A stretch of 50,045 nucleotides of DNA, counting the filler, from Dirinaria sp. TL-2023a (Eukaryota), in assembly GCA_051941275.1 (NCBI GenBank). It is 2 parts of 2 records of this genome, joined end to end, with 100 filler letters (N's around TTAATTAATTAA, not from the genome) between each part and the next. Parts side by side here need not be neighbours in the genome. Positions count along the whole stretch, not along the records: positions 1 to 25,010 come from JAVEBF010000179.1; positions 25,111 to 50,045 come from JAVEBF010000180.1. The stretch is one strand, 5' to 3'. Below are positions 22,881-35,456 of the stretch, piece by piece; the first letter of the stretch is position 1, and each line of letters starts with the position of its first letter. The translations under genes were made by a program, and so were the position numbers. The notes below the pieces were generated by a model that searched no databases, was not told the origin of the DNA, and was given only the letters and a program-made list of their open reading frames with translations.

Positions 22881-23639
22881 CTAGTCCGCCAAATACTTCT
22901 CCAAATCCTCGCTCTGATAGAACAGTTCCTGCAACCTCTCTCTCCTCTTGCGCTCCTCTGCATCTTTCTTCCTCACCCCTTTCGCATCCAACCTTTCCAC
23001 CCTCTTCTTCTTTTCAAGAACTATACCCTTCTTCTTCAACGCAACATCCATCCCTAATCCAACCGTATCATTCTTGATTCTCGGTTTCAGAGGCACCCTG
23101 ATCCCTTCCCCGTTCACCCCAAGCCCGCGCCTACTATCCGGATCCCACCCGTAGGACGAAAGATACTTCAGGCCTGCACGGCTGCGATCCAGATGGGACG
23201 GTGGGGTCGAATGAGAGAGACAGAATTGGTGGACGAGTGAGGTTTCATGCGGCTTTGGCGGCGCGGCGGGTAATTGAGAATCGGCGGTGGAGTGGAGGGG
23301 GAGGTGACAGATTTCACAGGTTGGGTTTTCTTCAGGAGTGGCACTGGGCTGTGATGCGGATTGCGCGGTGTCGTTGTGGGAGATATTATTATTATCGGTT
23401 TGAGCTATCTGTTGCCCTTTGCGCGGTAGGACGATGGAGAGGTAGCGGTCTCCGGCATTGCTGCTGCTGCTGCTGCTGCTGCTGCTGATCTTTGGCGCTG
23501 CGGTTGGTTCGTTTTTGACTGCAGCTGCGGGTACGAATTGGATGCGCTTTCTTTTGAGACCGGCTCCGAAGAATTTTTGATTCTGTAGAGGGTTTCTGTT
23601 TGGTTCTTCTTCTTCTTCTTCTTCTTCCTCTTCCTCCAT
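22881..23639 (-). CDS. G-patch domain protein (GPANK1-like)
   Basis: G-patch GLKYLSSYGWDPDSRRGLGVNGEGIRVP preceded by a CEIC..H..H zinc-finger-like segment; poly-E and poly-S tracts come from trinucleotide repeats. Confidence 0.85.
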   Translation of the reverse strand: MEEEEEEEEEEEPNRNPLQNQKFFGAGLKRKRIQFVPAAAVKNEPTAAPKISSSSSSSSSNAGDRYLSIVLPRKGQQIAQTDNNNISHNDTAQSASQPSATPEENPTCEICHLPLHSTADSQLPAAPPKPHETSLVHQFCLSHSTPPSHLDRSRAGLKYLSSYGWDPDSRRGLGVNGEGIRVPLKPRIKNDTVGLGMDVALKKKGIVLEKKKRVERLDAKGVRKKDAEERKRRERLQELFYQSEDLEKYLAD

Positions 23640-23994
23640 GATCTGTTTGGTAGAAGATGAATAGGGCGTTTATGTAGCTCAGTGACTCAAGGCTGATGAC
23701 GAAATAAGTTACGATGCTAGATTGATAAGATAACAAAATTACCAGCTTTTCTTTCACTTTAATTGGCAAAAGCTTCCGGTTTCTCCACGACTGTTGCTTC
23801 CCTACTTCCTAAGTCCACCTTGAAGCTTTGGGCAGGTAGAGACCAGGCATCTCTCCGCGAATGCATTATTCAAAGATCAAGCAATCATGCTCTCCTTAAA
23901 AAAGCCTAGGGAGACCCAATTGGGCACCTCAATGCTCCTTCAGGCTCTTTAGATATCACCCTGTCCGCAAGTACCGCGAGAGACTGAACGCAAG

Positions 23995-25010
23995 ATGCCT
24001 ATCCCAATCCTAGGCGACATCATCTCCAAAGGCCTATACAATGTCCCATACGCTGTGCCTACCCTGAAAACAGTAGCATGTCTCCTCGCCATCTATCTCT
24101 TGAAGCTCTACTTCGGCGGCGCAAGCAACAACTCCGAGCGTCTTATGCGCTCCAAAGTGGTCATGATCACCGTAATGACAGCCCTGCTCACCCTTTTCCC
24201 ATGACTAACATACTCAGGGTGGAACATCCGGCGTCGGCGCCTCCGTAGCCCATGAGCTCGCGTTGCGCGGTGCAAGCGTAATTCTACTCACACGTCTTCC
24301 GCCCTCGGACCCGTTTCTTGTCGATTATATAGATGATATGCGTGCCACTACCAAAAATCAGCTCATCTACGCAGAGCAAGTGGATCTGTCCTCCCTCCAT
24401 TCTATCCGCCTCTTCGCTACGAAATGGGTCGACAATGCGCCGCCCCGCCGGCTAGACATGGTGATCCTCTGCGCTGACACATTCACGCCACGATTTGGGG
24501 AAAAGCTCGTCACCGATGAGAAACTCGAAGTATGCTGGGGGATCAATTACCTCGCGAACTTCCACCTCCTCAGCATCCTCTCCCCTGCCCTGCGCGCTCA
24601 AACCCCAGACAGAGATGTACGGATTGTGTTTACGACTTGTCCAAGCTATATCGGCGGAGATCTGAAGAAGCTTAAAGATACCCGCACTCCGCTTCCGCCC
24701 GGAAGGGAGTACGGCACCAGTAAATTGGCGACTATGGTCTTCGCACAGGCCTTCCAGAAACACCTGGACAACTACAAGCGCCCTGACAACCAACCCAACA
24801 ACGCGCGCGTCATCCTGGTTGATCCAGGATACAGCCGCACCCCGGGTATGCGGCGCTGGCTTACCATGGGGTCGCTATGGGGTCTGCTGCTCTATCTAGC
24901 GATGTGGCCCATCTGGTGGCTGATGCTGAAGTCTCCCATGCAAGGCGCGCAGAGCATTTTGCGGGCAACGATGGAAGCGGAGCTGGGGAGGGGCGTGGGC
25001 GGGAGACTCA
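23995..25010 (+). CDS. Membrane-associated short-chain dehydrogenase/reductase (YNL181W/Pbr1-like), 3' end lost at the gap
   Basis: N-terminal TM segment; the intron 24172-24217 joins VVMIT to GGTSGVG (Rossmann motif); VDLSSLHSIR, NYLANFHLL and catalytic YGTSK; frame runs into Ns. Confidence 0.88.
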
Positions 25011-25110
25011 NNNNNNNNNNNNNNNNNNNNNNNNNNNNNNNNNNNNNNNNNNNNTTAATTAATTAANNNNNNNNNNNNNNNNNNNNNNNNNNNNNNNNNN
25101 NNNNNNNNNN
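25011..25110. other. Artificial contig-join spacer
   Basis: 44 N + TTAATTAATTAA (25055-25066, stop codons in all six frames) + 44 N = exactly 100 nt. Confidence 0.95.
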
Positions 25111-25358
25111 GGTTTATGAGATGGTGGGGGGAGAGGGAACTTTTGGAATATACTCGAGACTATAACCATGATTAGGACCTTTAAGGGGCGGACAATCTAA
25201 GCTGGCAGCTGTGGACCAAAGACGAGGTCGTTCGCACCTTACGAAATTCCCAGATGCGTTTCCTGTCTAGCATTTTCCGCTGGATCATGCTGCAGCTTCG
25301 TGATGATTGCAGACACTATCCTATATACTCGCTTCGATCGATAGGATGAATGGCCCAC

Positions 25359-27015
25359 TCAATTTTCCTGCGCTATCATTTCCGCCGCCAACTCAGCAAT
25401 CGCATACAGTGGCGCCTGCAGGTGTGCTGAGATAGAAAGTGGCAAGATACTGGCATCCACCACGCGGAGACAATCCACTCCGTAGACACGACATTGGCTA
25501 TCGACCACCTTACCCATACTAGCCGTGCCACCGGCATGGAACCATGACCAACACATTGCGTTGATTCGTTGATCAAGCTCACCGTCAGACGAGCCAGAAG
25601 TAATACGAGGCACCCCCGGCGGTGGCGTCTCGTGTACGATATAATCCTTCATCGACTCCATCGCCTGCAGTGCGGCCCGCATGCCAGCGCGCAGCACAGC
25701 GCGATCGTGCTCTGTTGCGAAATAATTGGGATCGATGACCGGGTTGTCTGTTGCACTTTTCGAGGCAAGGGTCACCGTGCCACGGGATGTCGGCGACATG
25801 CAAAGCACCCCCGTCGTGATATGGGAGCCGTCCATCGGAGCCATTTCCACAGGCGCTGCCGCCGTGATACCGTACATGACGGTGACTTCGTAATCTGTGC
25901 GTGCGCCGGCCTGGAATTCTGTTCTGTCGACAATTGCAGCCTTTTGCAGATCTTCATCTGGTGCTGCGCCGCTTGCCATCCAGTCCATGGGATTACCGGT
26001 CATATATTCGGGTTTATTGAAGGCGGCCGAGCCAAAGGCGTACCCTTTCTCGGGATCCGTGAGCTTCCACACGATATTGATGGATCCGTGGTCATGTAGA
26101 TTCTGTCCGACTGGCAAATCAACTACCTGGTTGATCTGGTGTTTGGAAAGCTCTGATTGAGGTCCGATGCCGGATAACATAAGAATTATAGGGGTTCGAA
26201 GAGCACCACAACTGACAATAACCTCTTTAGCCGCTCCCAGCTGTTGGTCATTGTTAAGCTCGACCCCGACTGCTCTTCCATTTTCGAGAAGAACGCGCTG
26301 AACGATTGTATTCGTAATGACTTGAACGCCCTGTAGATTATAGCAAACGGCTGCGTGTTGCCGTGAAGCTTCATGCCAATTCTCGACTAGTCGAGCGACT
26401 CCGTTTGGGTTGCCGGAATTCATATCTGAATTAAAAGGAAGCCCCGTAGATGACAAAGCGCGTCTTACAACCTCGCAAAGTCCATAGTCTCGGCCACCAG
26501 ATGAGGTGTGAATAGGGCCAGCAAACCCATGCTGGGTGGTATCTCCCTCCTCATGCCAATGCTCGGATTTCTTGAAATAAGGTAGCAGACCATCATATGA
26601 CCATCGAGGATCTTTGACAATGCGACTCCACTGATCAAAATCAGCAGCGTGACCTCGTGTCCAGGCGCCGTAATTGACGGCACTGCTGCCAGAAACTATA
26701 TCGCTAAGCTTTAACCAATTATATCTATGTTCGATTAATATAGTGAGGCTTACGCAAACGGCCTCCCCAATTAGGGATCTTCCGTTTCAGAATTTGAGGC
26801 TGGGGAGACGAATCGTAGCGATACTCAAGTGGTGTCTCGTGCAATAGAGGATATTGAACAGGCGATAGAACCATAGGATTGTGCGACTCATCGGGCCCTG
26901 CTTCGATGAGAGCTATGGACCAAGTCGGGTTGGCCTCGTGCAGCCGCGAAGCGATCACACAGCCAGAAAGGCCACCACCAACAATGATATAATCAAATTC
27001 CTCGGCGAAAACCAT
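25359..27015 (-). CDS. GMC oxidoreductase (AA3-type), no signal peptide, 532 aa, 2 exons
   Basis: Exons 27015-26754 and 26695-25359 total 1599 nt; DYIIVGGGLSG (FAD binding), GRLLSGSSAVN, GQNLHDH, WFHAGGTASMG, LRVVDASI and SAHLQAPLYAIAE. Confidence 0.93.
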
Positions 27016-28529
27016 GATAGAGTCCCAGAGCTTGTCTTTGAAATGAAGTTCTTGAGGTGGAGGAGGTGGAGATGGGTGAAATTTGAGAACTGAAACTCTA
27101 AAAACTATGACGATTTAGGTCAATCAAACACACATGGAACATCTCGCACTATTTGAGGCATCAAAAAGCCCTCAGCTACGTTGCTAAACCACGGATAGCG
27201 CGCGGTACCGATGGTGAGGCGTACGAACTCTACTCTTTCAAAGGTCGTATTGCGGGTGAGAGCCAGCCGCCTCCGATTGATTTAGCCTGTTTCGAGCAAT
27301 CCTACGGGAGTTGCAGTGCATAGACGTTCTGGCATACACTTCTGATTCGTGATCGCTAGGATTCGTGTACTGCATCCTTCTCAGTCGCACAGAAGTTGAG
27401 CCAGAAAAGCTATCCCGGTGTGGAGATAAGAATGGATTATAGAGGCACGATTTGTGCGGTGCTGCCGGCATCCCTAAACTATGGCTGCAGATAAGCAATC
27501 GAGTCTATTGACTCAAGTGAGTTAAGGCCGAGACTTTTGTTGGGGAATGAACCTTGGCTTTCCATGTCGAGGAAGTGAAAGGATGTGTGAAGCGCTCCGT
27601 TACCGCTGGTGCCGGTTTTGATTTCACGTCGCTTATGAATGGAATGGCCTCAACGATTTTTCAATTGAGCTTTGTACTTCGAAGCTCCTCAACCTTTGAC
27701 TATTAGTGCCGATCCTAGTCTTTGCAGACTCACAAAAGATCAATTGTGATTAGAAACACAACTCTGATTTTTATTTCAAATAAAGATATAAAGTCTCGAA
27801 ACTGATGTCGCAGAAATCACGAAAATACTAATCTCCGAGACTCAGAAAAAGTGTCGAGAGATGCCAGCCAACACCCAGTGATATACTCAGGATATCTGTT
27901 TCAGTATAATCTGCCTCAATGCAGTAACTCCAACGTATCGTTCAATACTACCCTATACAATCAAGACTCGTTCTCCTCGTGTAGCTTGAAATCCCAATTT
28001 AACAACTCTGAAGATATACCTTCAGGGAATATTGCTTTTCTTTCCACGACAAAAACCAACGAGAAAAGAAAATAGGGAGATACATTGACCTCTTTGCTAC
28101 TAAATAGATATCGCGAGCTTCTGTACTCAAATCTTTAAAATATCTAACAAGCGCTAGCCCGATCAAAGGGTTTCGTTCATCTTTGTTTGATTTCCATGTC
28201 CACAGACAACTTCAGAAAATAGAGACAGAGCCAATTGCACTTCCGTCCCTTCTTACCACATTCATTTTGACTCTCTTTTTTCCCCTTTCCCCGACCCTAT
28301 AAGGCTGAAGACGACAAATTCCTACATTTTCCTGTGTCTGGCGAGAGAAAAGAAAATGAACTACGTGAATTGAGAAAATAAATAGATCAGGTCTATATAA
28401 ATCATGCATAATTTTCTACACTGGCACAGCCCGATTTTATCGCTGCGGAGCTTTTTCCCCTTGACTGTTTTCCATGTCCACGCTCTACAAAGGCGTAGGG
28501 TTTAATGACAGACAGATCTAACATGTTAA

Positions 28530-30816
28530 CTAGTCAATGCTCAGGCTTCTCAGCCTAGCCTGCGCACCACAGACCTCCAGCGCCTGCCTCACCTCCAGCA
28601 CGCGTCTACACTCACCGAGCCAGTCCCAACTCAACGTCTTGGCCCACCCATCCAGCGCGTTCATCTCTCTGGCCGCTTGGTCCAGATTGCCCTCCTCGAG
28701 CAGCGTCTCCGTCCGCGTCAAGACGCTCTCCACATCGTCTCCCGTCGTCATGCCTTTCTTCTGAAACATCATCTTGCTGAGCGCCCAGCTCGCCGCGTGC
28801 GATGCGATTCCCGCGTCTTCGGGCAACAGGGCCGATTTGCGGACTTCGGCCGCCACGCGCCGGAAGCGGTCGATGAGCTGCGCGGTGGTGGGGATGCCGC
28901 GCTGGTATGCGGTGGGATTGATAGATGCGATTGCCGCGTTGACGACAGGGTCGTCGGAAGCAAGTTCCTTCAGGGCGGCGAGTTCATTGACGAATGGCCG
29001 CGGCCGGTCGGCGTCTTCCAAGGCCGAGCGCACGGCTTCGATGGCGACTTGCAAGTGCTGCGTTTTGAGATTGGAATCGATGACAGAGTTCCAGTCCGCT
29101 GTCAGGGACTCGAGTTCTGAAACGCTGGTGCTGAGCTCGTTGAGTTTGGACAGACGGCCGCTACGTTCGGTTTCGACACGATCGCGGACAGAGGACAGAA
29201 AATCTTTCTTGAGAGACAGGGCTTGTTCGAGCAGCTCATTGCGATGTTTCTGTTCGGCTACTTCTTGAGAGCGTCCTAGCTCGGTTCGAAGACGTTCTTC
29301 GTAGGATTGAGAAATCTTCTCCCGTTCTGAGGCGAAATCGTCCCTCCATCGAAGCTCCTGATCTCGCATTTCGGCTTCGAGACGGCCGACGAGTTCCTTG
29401 GCGCTGCTATCGAATTCGGCTTGCATGGTCTTGATCTTTTGCTCACCAGAATTTTTCTCTGCCTGCTTGAGGGCCAGAATCCGGGCGCCGACACCGGCAA
29501 GCTCGTTTTTAGCTTTGCTTATCGGATTGCCATATTTGTAAGACGCATTGTCCGCGTTGACTACTGTGATGATATCGTTCAATAGCTTCACCAAATCATG
29601 TACGAGAGGCTCATCAGCATTCTTTATCATCAACGGATCAATAGGGGGTATAGGCTGGATAACACTAGGTTCGTTCACTTCTGGCCCTTTTTTAGGAGCA
29701 TCTGCCGTCGTCTTTGTAGGTTTAGGCGCAGGCGTAGGCGCAGATTCAGCTTTTGGGACCGGTTTTGCAGTTTCTTTGGGTGCAGGCGCTGCAGGCTTTG
29801 GAGCTTCTTTGGGCGGTTCTGGCTTCTGCGCTGCGCCTTGGTTTGCATCCTTCTTGGCTTTCTGGACTGCCTCAACCTGCTCGCGTCCTGTTGCGGCTGA
29901 TGGAGTTCGCTGTGCATTCTCTGCTTTCGCAGTTGGATTCTTGTCGAGAGCGCTCATGTGAGGACCTCGCTTGCCCGTATCACTTCCTTGGTGTTCATCG
30001 TCGGCAACTCTCCATGATAGACCGCTCTTACTGGGTATGGTAATCTTGTTTCCTGAATCCGAAGGTGGCCGGTTGGTGGGGTTGGTAAGACCGGGAAAGC
30101 GCTTCCGGAACTCACGTTCCTCAAAGTAGAACACAGCATCTTCTCCAAAGGGTATGAATTCCGTGAAAAAGTCGTGGAAATTGTCCGAAACCAGAGAATA
30201 GTAAACGCCCCCAGCATATCCGAAGCCACCGAGTAGTATTAAAGCCAGAACGAACCGTCGAAAGCGACTGAGCCTGCGTTTCGGAGGAGTGGGAGGGGGC
30301 GGCGGAGGAGGATGAGATGAATCATTCGAAGTAGATGGGTTTCCTGTGGGCGCTGTCGGAGACACTGGCGCCGCATCTCTTTGCGTAGCGGGAGGTATTG
30401 AAGTAGGGGGTGCGGTTTGGACCTTTCCGCCAGGAGGTGTTGGCGGTGCAAGAGGAACGCTCTGAGGAGGTATGGCAGTATTTGCATTTGGCGTCGCTGG
30501 GGAAGAGCTTATAGGGGATCCTGGCGGTACTGGCCCAGGGGGAGGAGGAGTCGGTCCCACTGCATTCGTCGATTGCGAGCCTGGAAGGACAACTGTATCG
30601 GAGTCATGTATACTAGGTTTCGTGTTAGGGCCTGTCGGTCTCTCGTCTGCAAAATTTCTCTATGTCTAATATTAGCTTGGTGGAAAGGCAATGTGGAGAG
30701 CAGATTCCTACGCGAAATGAGCTTCTTGGACCTTGAGCGAGCCATTGTAGCTTCAATTCGGGTCGTGTTGATGTCAAACCTACTTTTCTGCTCAGTGTCA
30801 GAGTGCTACGCAGCAT
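28530..30816 (-). CDS. MIC60: MICOS complex subunit Mic60 (mitofilin), 2 exons
   Basis: Exon 1 (30816-30712) encodes an Arg-rich presequence and splices in frame to 30659; TM segment then SDNFHDFFTEFIPFGE, a coiled coil and a C-terminal mitofilin domain (GWAKTLSWDWLGECRRVLEV). Confidence 0.94.
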
Positions 30817-31199
30817 CGTGCGCCTTGGAGTTATCGACGAGGAAGAATATGGTAGGGATTGAAGCTGTCTGCATTGCCGGATGATCGTGTTTAATTCCAG
30901 GAAAGGGTGCCAAGAGTGCATTCAGTCTAGTCCAGATTGAGGCAAGTATACATGGATGCTTGGCGTGACTCGAGGACAAATACATCAGGCACATTCAGGT
31001 AAGTGCGTGAGGGGAAGAAATGTCCAACAGCCCTGCTGTTGAATCTAATCAATCGTGTTCTCCATTTCTTCTTCCATCGACGGTGTCGTAAGCCGACACA
31101 ATATGCGTGGGTATGCCATCCAAAACGCACTCCAAAGTAATACTAAGGATATAGACAATGCTCGCTAAAACGCTTGACGTCAATGCAGACAAGAAATGT

Positions 31200-34100
31200 T
31201 CACAACCATAGTAGCCATCTCACTGCATTGATGAATCCCCTGATCGTGCCTCTAATCAAACGAAGAATCACAACGATCAGCCAGACCCACCACATGATTC
31301 CCAGGAGAGTCCACTCCAGAAGCACATAAGCCCCTCGTCGAATCCAACGCATTCTCCGCCGCCGCTTTCTCAATATAGCATCCACACTGTCGTTCAACTG
31401 CTTGACCTCCAAGACGTGAGTGGTGGTCAGTTGAGCGCTGAATGCATCGGCTTCATCTGCACATGCCCTAACGGAGGGTGTAAGCTTCTGAGTCACTCGT
31501 TCGTCGATATCTTTGATCTGCTTCTGCAGATTTTCGAGAGTGTCATTTGAGAAGCGCTCCGCCGCGCCTCGCAACTGCTCGCTCGCACTGTCGATGTTGC
31601 CAGCATAGATACGAGCTACGGCGTTATGCTCCTCTGATCGGGGCACCTTTGGCCACGGCCCCTCCGAGATTCCGTGGATATCTTTGAACATGGACGACGG
31701 CACACTAGGGATTTCATGAGCACGCCGAGAAATCTCGTTGGCTTTGACGCCAGAAGATAGCAACAGTGCCCTGACACGTGCTATGTCTCGTTTCGTTACC
31801 AAACTTTTCGATGCAGAGACGCTCCGATCATCAACGCTCCACTCCCGCTTGTCCTTGAGGGTTGGTCTATCCTCAGAACGCCGCTGTCGGCTTTCCAGTA
31901 TGGCCAACCCTGTGATGGGCGGGCCTCCACGGCCGATAGTCCCCGGGATTCCCAAGACGGCATTCAGCCTTCTATCAGCTTCGCGGACGCGCCCTTCTGA
32001 CCGACTTGCGCTGCTTTGCCTTGAATCGAATGGATCATACGAGGGAACAGTGTTTCGAGTCTGCGTTCGAGTCATTGGTGGAGGTGGTGTCGGCGAGATG
32101 TTTCGCATATCGAGCTTTGGCGGCGCAAGACCCTCAAATCTACTCGATCGTTGTCGTCCTCGTTGTAAGGCTGGCATGGATGGCGCCTCATTTGTATCAA
32201 TTGTATCAAGAGTTTCTGCTGGCGGATGTTCATCCTTAGCGAATGACGACCGGAAAGTTGGGAGATTGCTCATATGATATTTCGGTTTTTGAAGCGATGC
32301 ATTGTCCTGACTGTTTCCACCTACTGTGGTCTGTGACACGGTAATTTCAGGACTGCTGTTCAGAATATCACTTTCAGTGTCAGACTCTTCTGTGACGCTG
32401 GAAGCTGGCGAAGGGATTCGTGATGCTGGGTTGCTGTAGTCTTTCCTCCATAACTTATCGCCAACACGGGATACTTCATGGCTGACGATCTCAGTGATAC
32501 GGCTATTTCGGAAGAAGCCACGAAACTTGGATTCGTGTTCGCTGCTTTCCTTCAAACCCTTTTTAGCATTGTCATCAGAACGTCGAAATATTCTACTCGC
32601 ATCCTCAGCTGTTGTAGGGGACAGAAATCCATCCGTGTGAGTAGCCGCCTTCTCTTTCCGTGGACCATCCTCTAACCTGGAATCTCTTGTGCTAGGCTTT
32701 GATAAGCCGGATAATGAATTAGCGTCAGGGGCGAAATCTGTCTCACTAATCGCCTGTTTGTCGTTACTCGAAGCTCCCCGCGACCTGCTACGGGAAGGCA
32801 AAGCTTTTCGAAGTAGATTTGAAGGACTGCGGGCGCGTGAGTGATGAAAGGCAAACCGTGGTAAGGAGCCTTGATTGACGGGAGAATTGGGCGCTGTTAC
32901 ATCAAGATCATCGTCCGTTGAAGTACGTGGTCGTCGTCCCCGCGGCTCTTCAAGACTCGTCCTCGTCCACGGCAGAGCACTGCGAGAGCTGTAGCCGAAC
33001 TCTTTCGAAGTCTGCGGTGGCTTTGCGGGAGACGAGCTATTCGCCACAATCCCATTAGTAGACTGCTTAGAATCTGGTTCATCAGACTTGAATTCCATTC
33101 CATCAGCTTTGTCCTGGCCTCGTCCGTTGACAAGAGCGCCCTTTTCGTGCATTTCTTGCTCCAACAATTTTTTCATATGCTTTTCGAGAATGGCACTGTC
33201 TATATCGTCTTGACCTCGATGCCGGCCCAGCTTGTGACGAGTTGATTCCTCGTAATCCGATCCGCTTAAACTCGAAGAGCTGTGCGAACGCATGAGCTTG
33301 CGAGGCCACCGACTTTTGCGGTCTCTGTGGCCGTCTGCTTGTCGATTGGGAATTCCTGACTCAACACGTTCGTTTTCCCGATGATTTCTCTCTTTCGAGG
33401 TTTCTTTGCGTGCTTTGTCCATCAAGAAACGAAACTTTTCAGGCGATATTGCTTGGCCATTGACGCTATCTGAACGACTGTGAGTAGCTGGTTCGAGATC
33501 AGCACTCGTCCTCGTTGAGGGCGCTTTATAGCTCTGAGGGCTGGCCAGGACCTTTTCCCCTCTGCAATCCTCGATAAGGCTGACGTTCCCATCGTGCTGA
33601 AGCCAATACGCATCTGCCAAGAGATCCCAATTACGAAATCCCCATTCGATGCGTGGACGTCGAGGTTTGCTGCCTTGTGCAGGGTTCTGCTTACGATTAT
33701 CCATACCAGGAAAGCCATCCACAATTGGTGTCTGGCCAGGGGCGTTTTCGAAAGAAGGTAATGGGAACCGATCGTCAATTGTGGCTATACCGGCTTCACG
33801 CTCGCCAGCAACTGTGTCGATCCAATGTCTTACTTTATCAACGTCCTTCCATTTCTCACTTTCGGAATTGAGGGGGCTACCCTGGCGTAATCGAACTTTA
33901 CGATTCCGTATATACTGAAGCGGATTGTAAGGTCTACCAAGGTCATTCGAGGATTCTGGAGAGGCCTTGCGGGTCGACCGCGCAGTCTTCGGCCTGCTTT
34001 CAGAAGGCAACGGAATCTTGGGCAGGTACTGTAACAGTCGGCGATATTCATAACCCAGCTCGATCGCGACCCTTGCCTTCTCTGCGCGCGATAATGTTGC

Positions 34101-35081
34101 ATCAGATGGGGAGAATGAGAGATCAGGACCGGCTGCCAGTTCTATGTCAGGTACTGTTGGTGCGTTTCCGGAGTCTTGCGAAGGACGGGGAGAAGGCGAG
34201 GCACGGCTCCCTCCCTTACTTGATCGCGGAGATATGCGCCTCGAGATCCGGCGTTGTTGCTCTAGATGATGGCGTAAACTCCCACCTCCTGAAAGTGGGC
34301 TGAAGCCAGCAGTCAGCGAGCCTGCAGAGATGACTCTCTTATCTCCATGCGTATTGCCTGGCGTCAAAAGACCCCCGCTGAAATTCCTACGACGGCTCTC
34401 GCTGAGACTCAATGCCAGATTGACGATCTGCGCAGGGTCCGTATTCAAACCTAGAGCAGGGATTCCTTCAATTGAGCTCGAAGTCGGTTTATCTGATTGC
34501 ACACTGCTGGAGGTGATATCACTGCCCGCCGAGGATCGAACGCTCTGGCTTGTTTTGGAAGGAGTAGAAGCCGTATTCCCACCATTCGCCGTGCCTTTGT
34601 GATCTGAGCCAGTAGCCGAGGTGACGCTCATGACTTCATTGGCAAGTGGCGAGCTCCCCACTGAATGCTTCAATTGATGACGGTGGCGAAGATGCCTCCG
34701 TTTTTGCATGTTCAATTCATCCTCATCAGCCTTCGCTTTGCCCTTGTTCTTGACCCCTTCTATATTTCCAGATAGATTGTCCTTAACCTTTAAAGGGTTT
34801 GAGCCTGACGGGAAAGCAGACTGCAACAGAAAGCCGCCGGAATGCCTTGGTCTCTTCTTGACATGTTCGTGTTCCAGCTGATTGTCGTGGGCGACATTGA
34901 TCGCTTGCACTTGATCGGCAGGATATGAAAAGGTGTCATCTTGATCCATCTGGGTCTGTGTGGATACAGCCTGGTTATTGCCATCAAGTCCGGCAGGGTG
35001 GTTCGAAAGTGGTACTGATGAGGCTGACAGTTGCGGGGAGGTAGACGACCGCAATGTCCGGCCGCTAGACTGTCCAGACAT
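31200..35081 (-). CDS. Large low-complexity conserved fungal protein with C-terminal TM segment, Mtc4-like, 1293 aa
   Basis: Uninterrupted ORF with a conserved-looking YNPLQYIRNRKVR block, a C-terminal coiled coil and LLEWTLLGIMWWVWLIVV; the Mtc4 label is from recall only. Confidence 0.7.
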   Translation of the reverse strand: MSGQSSGRTLRSSTSPQLSASSVPLSNHPAGLDGNNQAVSTQTQMDQDDTFSYPADQVQAINVAHDNQLEHEHVKKRPRHSGGFLLQSAFPSGSNPLKVKDNLSGNIEGVKNKGKAKADEDELNMQKRRHLRHRHQLKHSVGSSPLANEVMSVTSATGSDHKGTANGGNTASTPSKTSQSVRSSAGSDITSSSVQSDKPTSSSIEGIPALGLNTDPAQIVNLALSLSESRRRNFSGGLLTPGNTHGDKRVISAGSLTAGFSPLSGGGSLRHHLEQQRRISRRISPRSSKGGSRASPSPRPSQDSGNAPTVPDIELAAGPDLSFSPSDATLSRAEKARVAIELGYEYRRLLQYLPKIPLPSESRPKTARSTRKASPESSNDLGRPYNPLQYIRNRKVRLRQGSPLNSESEKWKDVDKVRHWIDTVAGEREAGIATIDDRFPLPSFENAPGQTPIVDGFPGMDNRKQNPAQGSKPRRPRIEWGFRNWDLLADAYWLQHDGNVSLIEDCRGEKVLASPQSYKAPSTRTSADLEPATHSRSDSVNGQAISPEKFRFLMDKARKETSKERNHRENERVESGIPNRQADGHRDRKSRWPRKLMRSHSSSSLSGSDYEESTRHKLGRHRGQDDIDSAILEKHMKKLLEQEMHEKGALVNGRGQDKADGMEFKSDEPDSKQSTNGIVANSSSPAKPPQTSKEFGYSSRSALPWTRTSLEEPRGRRPRTSTDDDLDVTAPNSPVNQGSLPRFAFHHSRARSPSNLLRKALPSRSRSRGASSNDKQAISETDFAPDANSLSGLSKPSTRDSRLEDGPRKEKAATHTDGFLSPTTAEDASRIFRRSDDNAKKGLKESSEHESKFRGFFRNSRITEIVSHEVSRVGDKLWRKDYSNPASRIPSPASSVTEESDTESDILNSSPEITVSQTTVGGNSQDNASLQKPKYHMSNLPTFRSSFAKDEHPPAETLDTIDTNEAPSMPALQRGRQRSSRFEGLAPPKLDMRNISPTPPPPMTRTQTRNTVPSYDPFDSRQSSASRSEGRVREADRRLNAVLGIPGTIGRGGPPITGLAILESRQRRSEDRPTLKDKREWSVDDRSVSASKSLVTKRDIARVRALLLSSGVKANEISRRAHEIPSVPSSMFKDIHGISEGPWPKVPRSEEHNAVARIYAGNIDSASEQLRGAAERFSNDTLENLQKQIKDIDERVTQKLTPSVRACADEADAFSAQLTTTHVLEVKQLNDSVDAILRKRRRRMRWIRRGAYVLLEWTLLGIMWWVWLIVVILRLIRGTIRGFINAVRWLLWL

Positions 35082-35456
35082 GACATCTTCGGATAGAGGC
35101 AGTGATTAAATATGTGGAGAGATTCATGACAGCGGATGCAGTAGAATTGCACGATGAACCCAATCGTCGAAATCGCTGGTTGGTTGGTCACTCGAGCTCT
35201 TCACATGAAGGTTCTTGGCACAGACGCCGGCCAAGAATCCCGACATCCCGAAACACGGGAAGCGGATCGACGGAAAGCTTGGTCGAGGGGTCTAGTACGA
35301 GTACCGAATCTCGCATGCTTACCTAATCATTCTTCAAGTCACGGGATTGCAGGGTACAGGCTGAGAAGATGAAATTGGCCGCCAAATATCTGTCTGGGGA
35401 TATATATACATCCTTAATTTCTAGCAACCCTCTCAATCAGTGATGCCATTCCCCAT

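Noticed and set aside
26465..26683. Apparent frameshift or separate ORF inside the GMC gene
   Set aside because: The intron at 26753-26696 restores one continuous frame, so the gene is intact
28537..30884. Numerous plus-strand ORFs over MIC60, with similar cases over SUV3, GMC, UGA2 and TRM734
   Set aside because: Antisense or alternate-frame shadows of well-supported genes
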